Shown: piece after piece, positions 24,135-36,800 of the stretch
How positions within the stretch are numbered: the first letter of the stretch is position 1
Layout of the letters: every line of letters starts with the position of its first letter
NCBI GenBank assembly: GCA_973895155.1
Contig: OZ316891.1
Location: 23,311,899 to 23,375,898 of the forward strand
Direction: 5' to 3'
DNA from: Marsupella aquatica
Lineage: Eukaryota > Plantae > Marchantiophyta
Length of the DNA: 64,000 nt
Made by a program: the position numbers and the translations under genes
The notes under the pieces: model-generated
Told to the model about the DNA's origin: nothing
The model's input: only the letters and a program-made list of their open reading frames with translations
Database searches by the model: none

Positions 24135-25870
24135 TGTTGTGGGAGAAATGAGACAAAGAGTTGGTTCCATCTTTACTCTTGGTAGAATATGTACATGTGG
24201 CTACGGCCTAAGTAGTTAGGGTAGTTACATAGGTAGTTATCCCAAAGGTAGACTTAACTCAAGTATGAGTTACAACACTCCCCCTTTGTAACATTGGGGT
24301 TTAAATGTTACAATCAAGAGTCTACTTTGGGTATACTCAGTGGTATACAATAGGTTTTGTTTATGTCTAGCCTATTTTATAAATGGTGTAGCCATCTCAA
24401 GTCTACTATAAATGAAAAGCTTCTCCTAATAGATGTCTTATAATTCATGTTGCATGGTAAAGTGTAAGTGGGGGATGTAATCTCATTAAAACCTCCCCTA
24501 CTTTCTTTGTGGGAGGAAAGAGTATTACCATCCCCATGGGTGAAAAATAATTGGGTTTAAGCATATAGTGTATGTGTAATTTCTACAAAGTCTCTTAAGG
24601 TGCTTGTCAGCACTATAGGCTTGTTGAAAATCTTCCTTGGTTGATTGTTTCTCGTGTCTCCTTCCAATCGGGAAATGGAGACTCCTTGATGGTCACCGAT
24701 TACATGCCATGACAAAGTAAAGTATTAGTACAAAATGAAGATGATATGGTGTAATCCATGGCCTTGGAATTGGATTGGGTGTCCAACCCTAGATTTGGTG
24801 TGGGCATAACCTATTTGCACCACATCACGTACCATATCCACAACATAGGGTTATCATATTGGGGTATGGCGCACCATCTCTTATGGTGCCTTACCATGCC
24901 ATGTCTCACCTTATGGTACCTTATGACCTGGTACTGTACCTCATATTATCATATGGTACTTTAATATCCAGTATACCTCATCAAGTATTGGTAAGTGATT
25001 GTGTTAACACCATGTTCAATCATTTATAAAAATTCCTTAGATTTCATGATTTGCCATATGCATGGAATAAAGTTCCATTTTGTAGGTATTCATTGGTGCG
25101 AAAGGCACTTGTGCAATAGGCACATCCCATGGGTTACATTGCTTGATGTCAAGTCTTACTTGAGGTCTCCCCCTCAATTTGTCAAATATATGTCCTTTTT
25201 GCCTGGGTGTACAGTAGGCACCCATTTGTTTCCATGTGCAGTAGGCACAGGGCTTTTATGTGTAGTAGGCACCCCTGGGAAAAATATCTCCCCCTGAATT
25301 TATGAAATTAATTGGTGGAAGTAATCATCATTTGTCGCCATGTAGGTTCTATACTTTAGCTTCTTTCTTTATGTCCTTACTTCATGCTTTGTTGTTTGGT
25401 TTTTCTTGCCTTTTGAAGAGAAAGTCTCTTTGTTCTTTAGTTCTCCATTCCTTAGTGTAAAATGGTCTTCTTAGAAGAAAAGGTGGAGGACTTTCCTTTG
25501 GTTTGATGGCTTCCCTTATGCCCGATGTCTCATCTTTAGCTTGTACCACGATCTCCGTCTGCACTGGACGTCCTTCTCTCTCCTGGCGTTCCTCACGTTC
25601 TCTCTTTGGTTTTTCGGGTTTGTGCTTCCTTCAATGTTCTTGGATTTATCCTCCTTGCCTTCGGTGCTTATTGTTTCTCTCCTCTGTCTCGCATTCTGTC
25701 CTTCAAAGTTTTCAGTTTCTCCCTTCGCGTTCGATCATAGACTGTCTTTATATGTTTGCGATGTTGCCTGCCTTGCTCACGATCTGCGTTCGCTTTTGAT
25801 AACGAGGTCACCAATTTCTATGAACGTTTTGACCTCATTCTTTGTGAGTCCTGGGAGGTCAATTTGCATG
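24135..25870 (-). mobile_element. Decayed, deleted Bianca-like copia relative (3' LTR about 24135-24277, PPT 24278-24285)
   Basis: TGTTGT..ACAACA followed by CTCCCCCT. Shares the 3'UTR motifs GTAA.CTCATTAAAACC and AAGAGT.TTACCA with the neighbouring element, and an internal CTCCCCCTGAAT. The far end is uncertain. Confidence 0.55.
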
Positions 25871-27503
25871 CGGTAGGAGTCATCCGTTTCTTTAAAATCC
25901 CACGGTGGTCTAGAAGAGTTCAGGAATGGTGACGCCATTGATACAGGTGCTGCTCGAGCAAAGAACGGTTCATCGAAAAACTCAATCCATTGTGTCGATC
26001 ATTGATAGGAGACTCCGGTTGGGGAAGAAGAAATCAAAGGCACAAAAAATGCCTAAGGGAGAGAGTTTTCCGCGGTGCGACAGAGTGTCCGAGTCCCCTC
26101 TTCTCTTCTCCACTTTGTTTTCCTCGTACTCGGGCGACATCTCCTGAGCAGCCGAGGCCTTTATCCACGGCTTACCGTAATGTAGTTGCATGACACAATT
26201 TACCGCATTCCTTGCATTGCTATCTTTCAACGCAGCAGACCTCCGGACAATTGTAGGAGTTTCTAGTGGCTTCGCACTCAATTCAATGTGCTTGCATAGT
26301 TTTCTTGGTCACAGTTTTCGGTAAGAAGAATGAGAAATCAATCCAATTAACTTCATCAACTCCAGGGACTCACAGACAGATTGGTAGTACCGGTGGAGAA
26401 AGAGCAAGAGAACGTAGTGAAACGGACTGGACCAGGACTATTGACGCATGTGTGAACTAATGTGGCGCAGGCCAGTTCAGAATGTAAAGCAGGACTACGA
26501 TGAAAATTCATTCGCGGATAACAATGAAAGAATCACTGTGTGACTTTGGGAACTAAGACCCTAAGCGGGGATAGCATTGCCTTTCCCGCAGTCCTCATTG
26601 CACGGCAGGAATGAAGAGACACAGCAGGAATTACTCGGGCTTCAGCTTTAAATGGGCACATCCTTTGTAAATATGAGGGTTCAGGCAGGGAGGAAAGAAC
26701 GTAATGCACCTAATTCACGTAAACTAGCGCTAAGTGCGCCTACTGTGAGATACGGACACCTCCTAGGTATGGTTTGTGTTCCGCCGCCGGAACGTACCTT
26801 AGTCGATAGCAGGATCGAGCCCGGCTTAAGGACTTCTAAGCCTTCGTGCTGTCCGCCCTCGATCCGGATTCAATGATACAGGTCCTCAACCCGTCCTCAC
26901 AACCACATACCCGCAAGCGGCACCCCGTGCATGACTCGGGTGGTGCGTTCGGCCCGGCGTTGTCACCTATACACGAGCTTCACACACACATACACGTGCA
27001 CAAGCATACAATCTTGATTTACACGAAGGAAATAATGGGAAAGGATTTTACTGCACAGGGGACATATGCGTACACTTGGTTGACCCGACAGCTCCAGAAT
27101 GAACAGGTTCAAGGTTGAGGGTGTACACTACAACGGAGCCCGGCTCCGCACTCGCCCGACGAGCTTAGTCCTACCCCCTCCCCTTGGTGCTCTTTCACTC
27201 CCAGAGGTCGGGACTCCCCGCACATACCACGGATGTCCGACTCTGAGACTAAAAACCCCCTGCCTCTACCGAGGGGTGCACTAAATACTAAGGACCAAGA
27301 AACGGAGTGTCCTCCCGCCCAAAGATTCGCTGACTTAGGTCTTAACTAATCTGACTGTCAGGCCAAAAAATGGCTGTGTCTTATTAGAAGATCCTAACCT
27401 ACGTAGGCTGGACAGCATGGCGGTGCTGCTCTAACTAGGGCAGGTTCCTGTCCCCATAGCCTGATTTAGCTATTCCTAACCCTATTCTATTCCTACTGCG
27501 CCG

Positions 27504-30093
27504 CTAATGCCTGGCACGCTTGCCAGAGCCGCCCAAGTGGGAGCGGTCATCCCGCTGCTTACGAAGTCTGTCGTTGTTTGCCTTGAGGAGCTGGACCTGG
27601 TCTAGCAGAGATTCGTTCTCTCGCTTCGCCGTGTCCATCTCCTCCGCTGCCTCCTGGCATGCCTCCTCCAGCTGCTGGGCGTCGCTCGTTAGCTTGCCCG
27701 CCAGCTGGTCCTGCTTCTTGGCTTTGGTTTGGAGCCGCGCTACTTTGGCCTGTAGCGTGGCTATCTCCACAGTGTCCCCCTGGGCCCGTTCTTCAGCCTC
27801 CTCCAGGTCTTTCTGCCAGATGACAGTTTGATTCTTCAAACTGTCAATCTGGGTCCGGAGTCGTGCAATCTTGGCTTTGTTCCCAGCTTTGGCCTGTTTG
27901 GCTAGGGCGGTAAGGTCATGCGCCTTCGCTAACAACTCATTGGCGGCTGCAACTTTGGGTCATAGTTGCAGAAGCTCAGCCTCTTGAGCTGCAACTTTGT
28001 TCTTTAAGTATATGGACTCCACCCGGTACCGCTCTATCCTTTGAAGGGCCTCTGACTGGGCCCGACCTGCCTTTACTACGGCAACCAACTCCTGATTGAA
28101 GAAACAAGCTACCTTCCGGGAGAAGCCCGTTCAGAAATGTGCCCGGTATGAAGAGTTCCAGGTGGTCCAGGTTGTGCCTGTCCGGAGTTGGGCATGGGCA
28201 GACGTCAACACGCGCGGGGGCGGGGGCGGTGACATCCAGCCCTGGGGACATAGTGTTGGAAGGGGTTGGAGTGTCCTCCTGCAACAATGTCCGGTTCTCC
28301 GAAATAGCCACCGGTGGGTCTTTGGGAGACCCGGGCTCGAGTAAGGCCTCCGTTGTACCGACTTCTGTACTTGGCCCGACCTGTTGGATCGCATCTACAC
28401 TTGCGATTACCGACCCATCCGGTACCTCCTTGGTCACGACTACAGCTACTTGTGGAGGTGGGGTGGGTGAAGCCTGCATGTCCGCTGGACTTCGGGCCTT
28501 GGGTTGGGGCCGTCTCTCCAAGGCCGGGAAAACCCACCTAGCTGGGACCAGCTTTGTAACGTTGACACGGGGAAGGGTTCGTCGATCAAACCGAGCGTAC
28601 CACTCAAGAATGATCTCGATGTGGCTAGAAAATACGCCTTCCCGCCAATGTATAGCGTATTTCTTTGCCGCTCCATCTCTTCATGGAATTTCTTCGCAAA
28701 GTACAACGCCCACTTCCTAGGTCGATAGTTCTCGACCTGGATAACCTGGGCAGCGGAGATCTGCCCTTTGGGGTTTCATCATGTGGAGGGCGTATCTTTG
28801 GAACCCCAATTGTTCAGCTATCTTGGGGATGAGGCAGGTCCTCATCACGAACCCGTTGTCCATTGCTCCCTTGGAGGGAAAACTCAAGGATTGGTACTTG
28901 GCTCCCTTGCCTCCGGGAGCCCATGCTTCGTTTCGGTGGTCACCTTTGGGTAACCCGAAGATCATCTTGAGCCGTTCTTCCGCGAGGGACATATTCCTTC
29001 CCCACAGCCAAGTATGTTGACGTGCGTCATCATAATTCTTGACGAATTCCGTCATGTCCTCCCTGTAGTACCTGCAAGTGTTCCAGGGGAGAGAAGCGAG
29101 GTGCTCGAATCCCTGAGTCTTTAGGTACATTGCATGCTTGGGATGGAGGATGTTTTTATGCACGTTTTCCCCCATTTGGTGCATTGTCACCTTGGCCGCG
29201 GCTACCGTGGCCAATGGTAACCCGGATGCAGCGGCGGGTTCCTTCCTCTTCTTCCCCCGTGACTAGCTCGGGGAGGGTGACACCTCCCCATCCTCTTGAT
29301 CGGGCATAGGTAGTGCTACCGCCGTTAGTATTGGGCCCGAGGTGGCCATGGTCACCGTTTTGTCTGCTGGAGCCGCTCCTTGGGTCCGAGCATGGGGAGG
29401 GGACAATGTAGTGTCGGCCCCCTGAGTGTTTGCTCCTCTGGGCCGCCTGAGCAAGGGTGGGGTAGCCTCATCGTCGTCGCTAAGGTCCACAGCGTTGATG
29501 ACGGAGCATACTTGTACTGGCGGGGCGATCAGCGGTGGGGGTTGGCTAGGCTGAAGCTGAGGCTGAAGCTGAGCCTGAGTCTGCATTGGTGCGGGTATGA
29601 GTATGGGGTCGACTGGGCCGGCGCCGGCGGTTGAGGGTCTAGTTCCCATGAAGCTCTGCAGGTGTTGGTAGAAGTTCTCCGAAGCAAGTGTAGATGGCCT
29701 TGTTGAACGGGTAGTACTGGACTCGCTATTGATGATAGCCCAAACCTGAGTAGGGATGTGATCAAAGTGATGTCGTTGCAAGTTGATCGTACCCGGGATA
29801 TTGAAGACCTCGTCCGGGAGCCGAAGCAATGCTTCCCAGAAACCGATATATTTGTCTCCGTTGAAGAAGTACCTAGATACCTCTGATGGTCGGTAGAGCT
29901 TGCTCTAAGACGGGTAGTCAAAGTTAAGGATATAGTGGTGTCGCCCTGCTAGGCGAATGGCTCTCTTATACTCGCGTTCGATTTTGTATCGGCGCGGGTT
30001 GGCGTGTTTCAATGAGTCGGCCAAATGTCTTTTGATAGATAGGAACTGAGTCCAGAATCGAATGGCCGAACTGGAGAGAATCGTGTGCGACAT
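27504..30093 (-). pseudogene. LTR-encoded accessory ORF of family B (about 870 codons when reconstructed), fragmented
   Basis: Consecutive fragments 29905..30093, 29263..29829, 28717..29214, 27976..28521 and 27504..27935. Contains the QGFEHLASLPW..MTEFVKNY..MIFGLP domain, then a coiled coil ending GKRARH. Confidence 0.75.
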
Positions 30094-30193
30094 TCAGAGG
30101 AGATAGCAATGGCAACTAAGAGAGAACGACAGAGCTGGGGTCGAAGCTGGCGCGTGGACTGATGGACTGGTGCACTACAAAGGGTCGGCTCCC

Positions 30194-30201
30194 TTTTTAT
30201 A
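30194..30201 (-). promoter_or_regulatory. TATA-box candidate (TATAAAAA) in the B LTR upstream of the LTR ORF
   Basis: About 100 nt upstream of ATG 30093; conserved in the other copy near 50420. Confidence 0.5.
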
Positions 30202-30593
30202 CCTTGAGGGCTTGTCGATTGCCCAACGTCTCCTCGTTGCCTATAGGCTGAACCGTTCACGCTTGTAGTGTACCGGCCACTCCGCCGGTCTGAGTCAGTG
30301 CGTGTCAGTGGCCGCTTCCCTAAGTTTGTTATACGGACCTGAGGGAGAGGCCTTTGCACGCTCGCAACCCGGGCGTGCGAGTGGCGACACGCCACCAGTC
30401 CAAACGTGAATTCCCCTTATTGACTAATGATTTCCTACTCATAATGGTTACCTAAATATTGTCGTTATGCTAATAATAGCGGCCTAAGATACCCCTAACG
30501 CGCGTGCTAAGCGCGGTCTAGACTAATTACTCATTACTCACCGTACCGGCGGCGTCACATTAGCGGACAGCGGGTAGCGGCCTAACCCGAGAT

Positions 30594-30690
30594 CACGGGT
30601 TAGCTCTACTCGGGTTAGATAGGATAGCTAGGTTAGCCAAACTCGGGTTAGCTATGTAACTCGGGTTAGCTATGTAACTCGGGTTAGCAT
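30594..30690. repeat. Short tandem repeat ACTCGGGTTAGCTATGTA (18 bp)
   Basis: Two exact and several partial copies between two B LTRs. Confidence 0.75.
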
Positions 30691-31622
30691 AGTAGTGAGT
30701 ACCCCCTCTTGGTTACGGGGGCATAACTTTCTGTGTATTTGACCAAATCAGCTATAATTGACCTCGTTGGAAAGAGGAGCTCAAGCCGCTTCCAACGCTG
30801 CTATCCACACAGCAAATGGTTGAATAGAGAAATCGGGAGAGGAGGCATTGTCACGTCATCAGCCTTGGCCTTAACTCGGGCTTCAGCTTTAAACGGGCAC
30901 ATCCTTCGTAAATATGAGGGTTTGGGCAGGGAGGGAAGAACGTAATGCACCTAATTCACGTAAACTAGCGCTAAGTGCGCATATTGTTAGATACGGACAC
31001 CTCCTAGGTATGGTTTGTGTTCTGCCGCCGGAATGTACCTTAGTCGATAGCAGGATCGACCCCGGCCTAAGGACTTCTAAACCTTCATGTTGTCCGCCTT
31101 CGATCCGGATTCAATGATACAGGTCCTCAACCCGTGCTCACAACCACATACCCGCAAGCTGCACCTCGTGCACAACTCGAGTAGTGCGTTCGGCCCGACA
31201 TTGTTTCCTATACACGAGATTCATACACGCATACACGCACACAAGCATACAATCTTGATTTACACGAAGGAAATAATGGGAAAGGAGTTTACTACATAGG
31301 GGACATAAGTGTACACTTGGTTGACCCGACAGCTCCGGAATGAACAGGTTCAAGGCCGAGGGTGTACACTACAACGGAGCCTGGCTCCGCACTCGCCCGA
31401 CAAGCTTAGTTCTACCCCCCTCCCCTTGGTACTCTTTCACTCCCAGAGGTCGGGACTCCCCGCATATACCACGGATGTCCAACTCTGAGACTAAAAACCC
31501 CCCTGGCTTCTACCGAGGGGTGCACTATATACTAAGGGCCGAGGAACAGAGTGTCCTCCCGCCCGAAGATTCGCTGACTAAGGTCCTAACTAAGCTGACT
31601 GTCAGGCCAAAAAACTTTGCCG

Positions 31623-33810
31623 CTAATGTCTGGCACGCTTGCCAAAGCCGTCCGAGTGGGAATGGTCATCCCGTTGCTTGCATAGTCTGGCATTGTCCGA
31701 CTTGAGGAGCTCGACTTGGTCTAGCAGAGATTCGTTCTCTCACTTTGCCGCGTCCGTCTCCTCCGCTGCCTCCTGGCATGCCTCTTCTAGCTGCTGGGCA
31801 TTGCTCGTTAGCTTGCCCACCACCTGGTCCTGCTTCTCGGCTTCGGTCTGAAGCCGCGCTACTTCAGCTTGTAGCGTGGCTATCTCCGTAGTGTCCCGCT
31901 GGGCCCGTTCTTTGGCCTTCTCCAAGTCTTTCTGCCAGATGACAGTTTGATTCTTCAAACTGTCAATCTGGGATCGGAGCCGTGAAATCTCGGCCTTGTT
32001 CCCAGCTTTGGCCTACTTGGCTAGGGCGGTAAGGGCGTGCGCCTTTGCTAACGACTTATCGGCGGCTGCAACTTTGGGTCGTAGTTGCAGAAGCTCAGCC
32101 TCTTGAGCCGCAACCTCGTTCTTTAAGTATACGGACTCCTCCCGGTACCGCTCTATCCTTTGAAGGGCCTCTGACTGGGCCCGACCTGCTTTTACTACGG
32201 CAACCAACTCCGATTGAAGAAACAGGCGACCTTCCGGGCCATGAACTCCCCGGTATCCCGGGCAATTTGATGAGAAAAATCTCCTAGAAGCCCATTCAGA
32301 AAGGTGCCCGGTACGAAGAGTTCCGGGTGGTCCAGGTTGTGCCTGTCCGAAGTTGGGCACGGGCAGACGTCAACACGCGCGGGGGCCAGGGCAGTGACAT
32401 CCAGCCCTGGGGACGTGTTGGAAAGGGCTGGAGTGTCCTGCTGGTGTGATGTCCGGTTCTCCGGAATAGCCACCGGCGGGTCATTGGGGGGCCCGGGCTC
32501 GAGTAAGACCTCCGCTGTACCGACTTCTGTACCTAGCCCGGCCTATTGGATCGCACCGATGGTTGCGATAACCGACCCACCCGGTACCTCCTCGGTCACG
32601 ACTACAGCTACTTGTGGGGTGGGGTGGGTGAAGCCTGCGTGTCCGCTGGACTTTGGGCCTCAGGTTGGGGCCATCTCTCCAAGGCCGGGAAAACCCACCT
32701 AGCTGGGACCAGCCTTGTAACGTTGACACGAGGAAGGGTTCGTCGATCAAACCGAGCGTACCACTCAAGAATGATCTCGATGTGGCTAGGGAAATATGCC
32801 TTCCCTCCAATGTACAGCGTCTTCCTTTGCCGCTCCATCTCTTCATGGAATTTCTTAACGAAGTACGACGCCCACTTCCTAGGTCGATAGTTCTCGACCT
32901 GGATAACCTGGGCGGCGGAGATCTCCCCCCGGGGTTCCATCATGTGGAGGGCGTACCTTTGGAACTCCAGTCGCTCAGCTATCTCGGGGATGAGGCAGGT
33001 CCTCATCACAAACCCATTGTCCACTGCTCCCTCTGAGGGAAAACTCAAGGATTGGTACTTGGCTCCCTTGCCCCCGGGGGCCTGTGATTCGACTCGGTGG
33101 TCCCCTTCGGGTAACCCGAAGATCATCTTGAGCCGTTCTTCCATGAGGGACATATTCATTCCCCGCAGCCAAGTTTGTTGACGTGCGTCATCATAATTCT
33201 TGACAAATTCCGTCATGTCCTCCTTGTAGTACCTGCATGTGTTCCAGGGGAGAGAGGTGAGGTGCTCGAATCCTTGAGTCTTCAGGTACACCGCATGCTT
33301 GGAATGGAGGATGTTTTTATGCACATTTTCCCCCATGCGGTGCATTGTCACCTTGGCCACGGCTACCGTGGCCAATGGTAACCCGGATACAGTGGTGGGT
33401 TCCTTCCTCTTCTTCCCTTGTGACTGGCTCGGGGAGGGTGACACCTCCCCATCCCCTCTATCGGGCATAGGTAGTGCTACCGCCATTAGTAATGGGCCCG
33501 TGGCGGCCACGGTCACCGTGTTGTCTGCTGGAGCCGCTCCTTGGGTCCGAGCATGGGGAGGGGACGATGTAGTGTCGGCCCCTTGAGTGTTTGCTCTTCT
33601 AGGCCGCCTGAGCAAGGGTGGGGTAGCCTCATCGTCGTCGCTAAGGTCCACAGCGTCGATGACGGAGCATACTTGTACTGGCGGGGCAATCGGCGGTTGG
33701 GTTTGGCTAGGGTGAGGCTGAGGTTGAGGTTGAGGCTGAGCCTGAGTTGGTGCGGGTACGGGTATGGGGTCGACTGGGCCGGCGCCGGCGGTTGAGGGTC
33801 TAGTTCCCAT
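31623..33810 (-). pseudogene. LTR-encoded ORF in the B 3' LTR (C-terminal two thirds; the N-terminal part lies at 49384-50313)
   Basis: ORF 32608..33810 (400 aa) and downstream fragments are homologous to 27504-30093. Confidence 0.75.
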
Positions 33811-33852
33811 GAAGCTCTTCAGGTGTTGGCAGAAGTTCTCCGAAGCAAGTGC

Positions 33853-36800
33853 TGTGATGCCTAGACAGGAATCACTCGGCCGGTTAAGTGGGTAAAGCAG
33901 GAAGGCACCCTAGGAACACCTTAGTATAGTGACAAAACAAGGAAAATATAAACAATTAGGGGCAACCATGGAACCCGGGCAGAGGCCGGAGGTAAGGCTG
34001 AGGGTGAAAACCCGATTAGGGTTAGGGCGCGTTAAGCGTCGGCGGCTAGGAAGGATCAACGGGAAGAAGGACCGGCAGAGGAGAGGGGTAAGGAGCGCTT
34101 GCAGGAGATGGTGGCTCATTTGTGAGCACGAACTAGGCAGACGACTACGGGAGGCCAACTACTGTCAGCTGCTTAGGCAAGCACTCGGGGAGAGAGTAGA
34201 TACCGACGATCAACCTAAGGAGGGTATGAGCAATGTCAATCAAGCGGCACATTTCTGGGGATGCCTGTTCGAACGGGCAACTGAGTACATCAAGACTTAC
34301 GAGGACGAGGAATCAGAAAGGGCAGCTCGAGAACGGCAGGAGCTCGCTCGATTGTGGGAGCTATAGAAGACGGCTTTCTTAGGAGGCGAACTCATCAAGG
34401 ACGAGTTCCTGTGGACGCCTACTTCCAATCAACTCGACGATCTTCTGTTTTGCAAAGACAGCGTCGTCGGCATCCGAGAGGCCATCAAGAACTGCAACGA
34501 CATACACTGGGAATTAAAGGGTAGCACGGAAAGGTGGACCCGGGCAACGGTACTAGGAGAAACCTCCACGGCAGCAGAGATGAAGAGGAAGGGAGCCGTC
34601 AACGATGAAGCCACCCCGGCAAAAAGAACGAGGTCGGCGGCACCAAAGAAGCCAGCCGAGCAGCAGAGCAGGAGGCAGGGAGAAGCCGAAGAGGAGGAGG
34701 TCGATCCCATCAAGGCCATTCCAACCAGGGATGACACCTAGAAGGGCTGGGCGGCAACCCTACCGGTGGAGGTGCAACTACATTTTGCACGAGAGAGGAT
34801 GCATGCTTTACGGCCATGCAGACCAAGAAGTACCAAGGCTTCATGGCCGGATCCGGCTTGGAGGCCTTTGTAAGATTACCATGGCTGAAGCCGGAGGTAC
34901 CGGAGTCAGACCTATTAGAATTCGTGGGGTCATGGGAACCCGAGACCAATTGCACGAGGATATATGGGAAGGATTTCTATCTTACTCCCAAGGTAATTGC
35001 CGAAGTGTTTGGCCTGCCGATAGGCAATAAGACCAAAGTTGATACCAGGAAGACCTTGCCTGACAAGGAGTTCCGGTCGTTCCCCGGGCCATCAACGAAG
35101 AATGGCTTCTTCCGGAACACCTGCACCAACCCGCACATAGGAGAGATGATCGACTTCTTGCGGGTGACCATGCATTGTAACTTGCCGAGGGTAGAGATCG
35201 GCAAGGCACAGGTCTATCTGGCAGAAAGGCCAGACCCAAGCCGGGACTACAACGGGTACCTCCTCAACCAATTGAAGAAGATCTTAAAGGAGGAGCAGCA
35301 GGTAATCGGCATGGGGAGCGTGTCGCGGCTTGGCTATCACATGCCGCTGTTGTGCCGGTATGCCAGAAGTCAGACTTTTGCCCTGGTACTTCCCCTGCAG
35401 GTAAGGGCACCCGAGGAAGCTCCAACGCCGAGGCCGTTGGCTGAGAAGCCTCAACCACCTGTTAGTCCTACGATCGAGCAGGTGTTTAGGCCCAGGAAGG
35501 AAGACTTGCCGATGCAGCAACCAGGCATGCAGAGTCTGCTGAAACTACTAGAGAAAGAAAAGAAATCGGCATCGGCAACAACAACGGCAACGGCAACAAT
35601 GCAGGACACTACTACAGAGGTAGGCCTACACCGGCTCACAAGAGAAAACCCCTTTGCTGGAGACAAGGAGAGAATCAGGCCGGAATCCAAGCCAGGTGTT
35701 CGAATGTACGTGGGAACCTCAAGCTCCGAATCTGAGGCAGAATTGCCTGAAGCTCCTACCGACGAAGAGGAGAGGGAGAAGCCGGACGTCCAAGAGGTAG
35801 AGGAGGCAGTGGAGGACTGCAGCCATGATAATTCCGGCTATGGGTCGGACCATCACGTTCCAGGAGTAAGGACCTGTGGCCGGTTTGTCCCCACACTTCC
35901 AAGGGTAGTGCGAGGGGACCCCAACCAGCAGAGTAGCCCTGAGTCTCCCCCACCAGATGTTGCTCCCCCGAGCTTCGACGGCATAAAACAGACGGTGCAG
36001 GAATTTCAGGAGCGAATCAAGCAGGAGGAAGAGGCCGCCCTGGCTAAGGAAAAGGATTTACCAGGAGGAGATTGGCCGGAGGACATCAGGCGGCTAGCCG
36101 AAAAAGGAAGCAAACCTCTAGCCACGATTGAAGAGATCCGCAGGACGGCTTGGGAGCAGAGGCCACGATGGGCGATGCCGATCACTTCTACTTACTCCAC
36201 CTACGCTAAGAATAGAGCCATGGAGTATGGTGAGATGTGTGGGGAACTTGCGCTCGACATCTTTGGAGAGGAGTTGGAGGTAGGACCCTTTTTCCATAGG
36301 GAGCAGTTGGAGAAGCACCAATTAGAAGAAGCGGTGGCTTTAGAGAGAAGCAAGAAGGACGAGGTCATTCGGCGGCTTAGGAGGATGGAAGCCGAGATTG
36401 AAGATCTAAGGGCGGCCAAGAAAGCCCAAGATGAACTGCGGATTAAACGACATGAGCTGAACATCATGCAGGGGCAGTTGGACACCGCGCAAGCTGATAA
36501 TCAGAATATCAAGGATAAACTGACTCAGACACAGGAAGAGTTGGCCGACACGATCAAAGAGAGGGAGAAGTGGAAGCAAGAGCTGAAGAATACAGAGGAG
36601 GCCCACATAACAGCCAACAGCCGGGCCATGGCGGAGACCCAAAGAAAGGAATGGGCGTTGAAAGGGGAGCTCGAGAAAATCCGCGGAGCCCTTGAGCAGA
36701 AGGAGGTCGAGTTAGGGAAATCCTATCAAGGGATTATGGCGCTGCAGCAGGAGCTTGCGTCCCTGACGGCCAGCTTCAAGGCCGACCTAAGGGAGAAGGA

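Larger units (their letters stand above)
26633..30559 (-). mobile_element. Family-B LTR, nearly complete (solo or orphan), about 3.9 kb
   Basis: Terminus TGTGACGCCGCCGGTAC on the minus strand at 30559. Colinear with the B 3' LTR. About 24 bp are missing at the other end. No adjacent PPT, PBS or internal domain. Confidence 0.9.
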
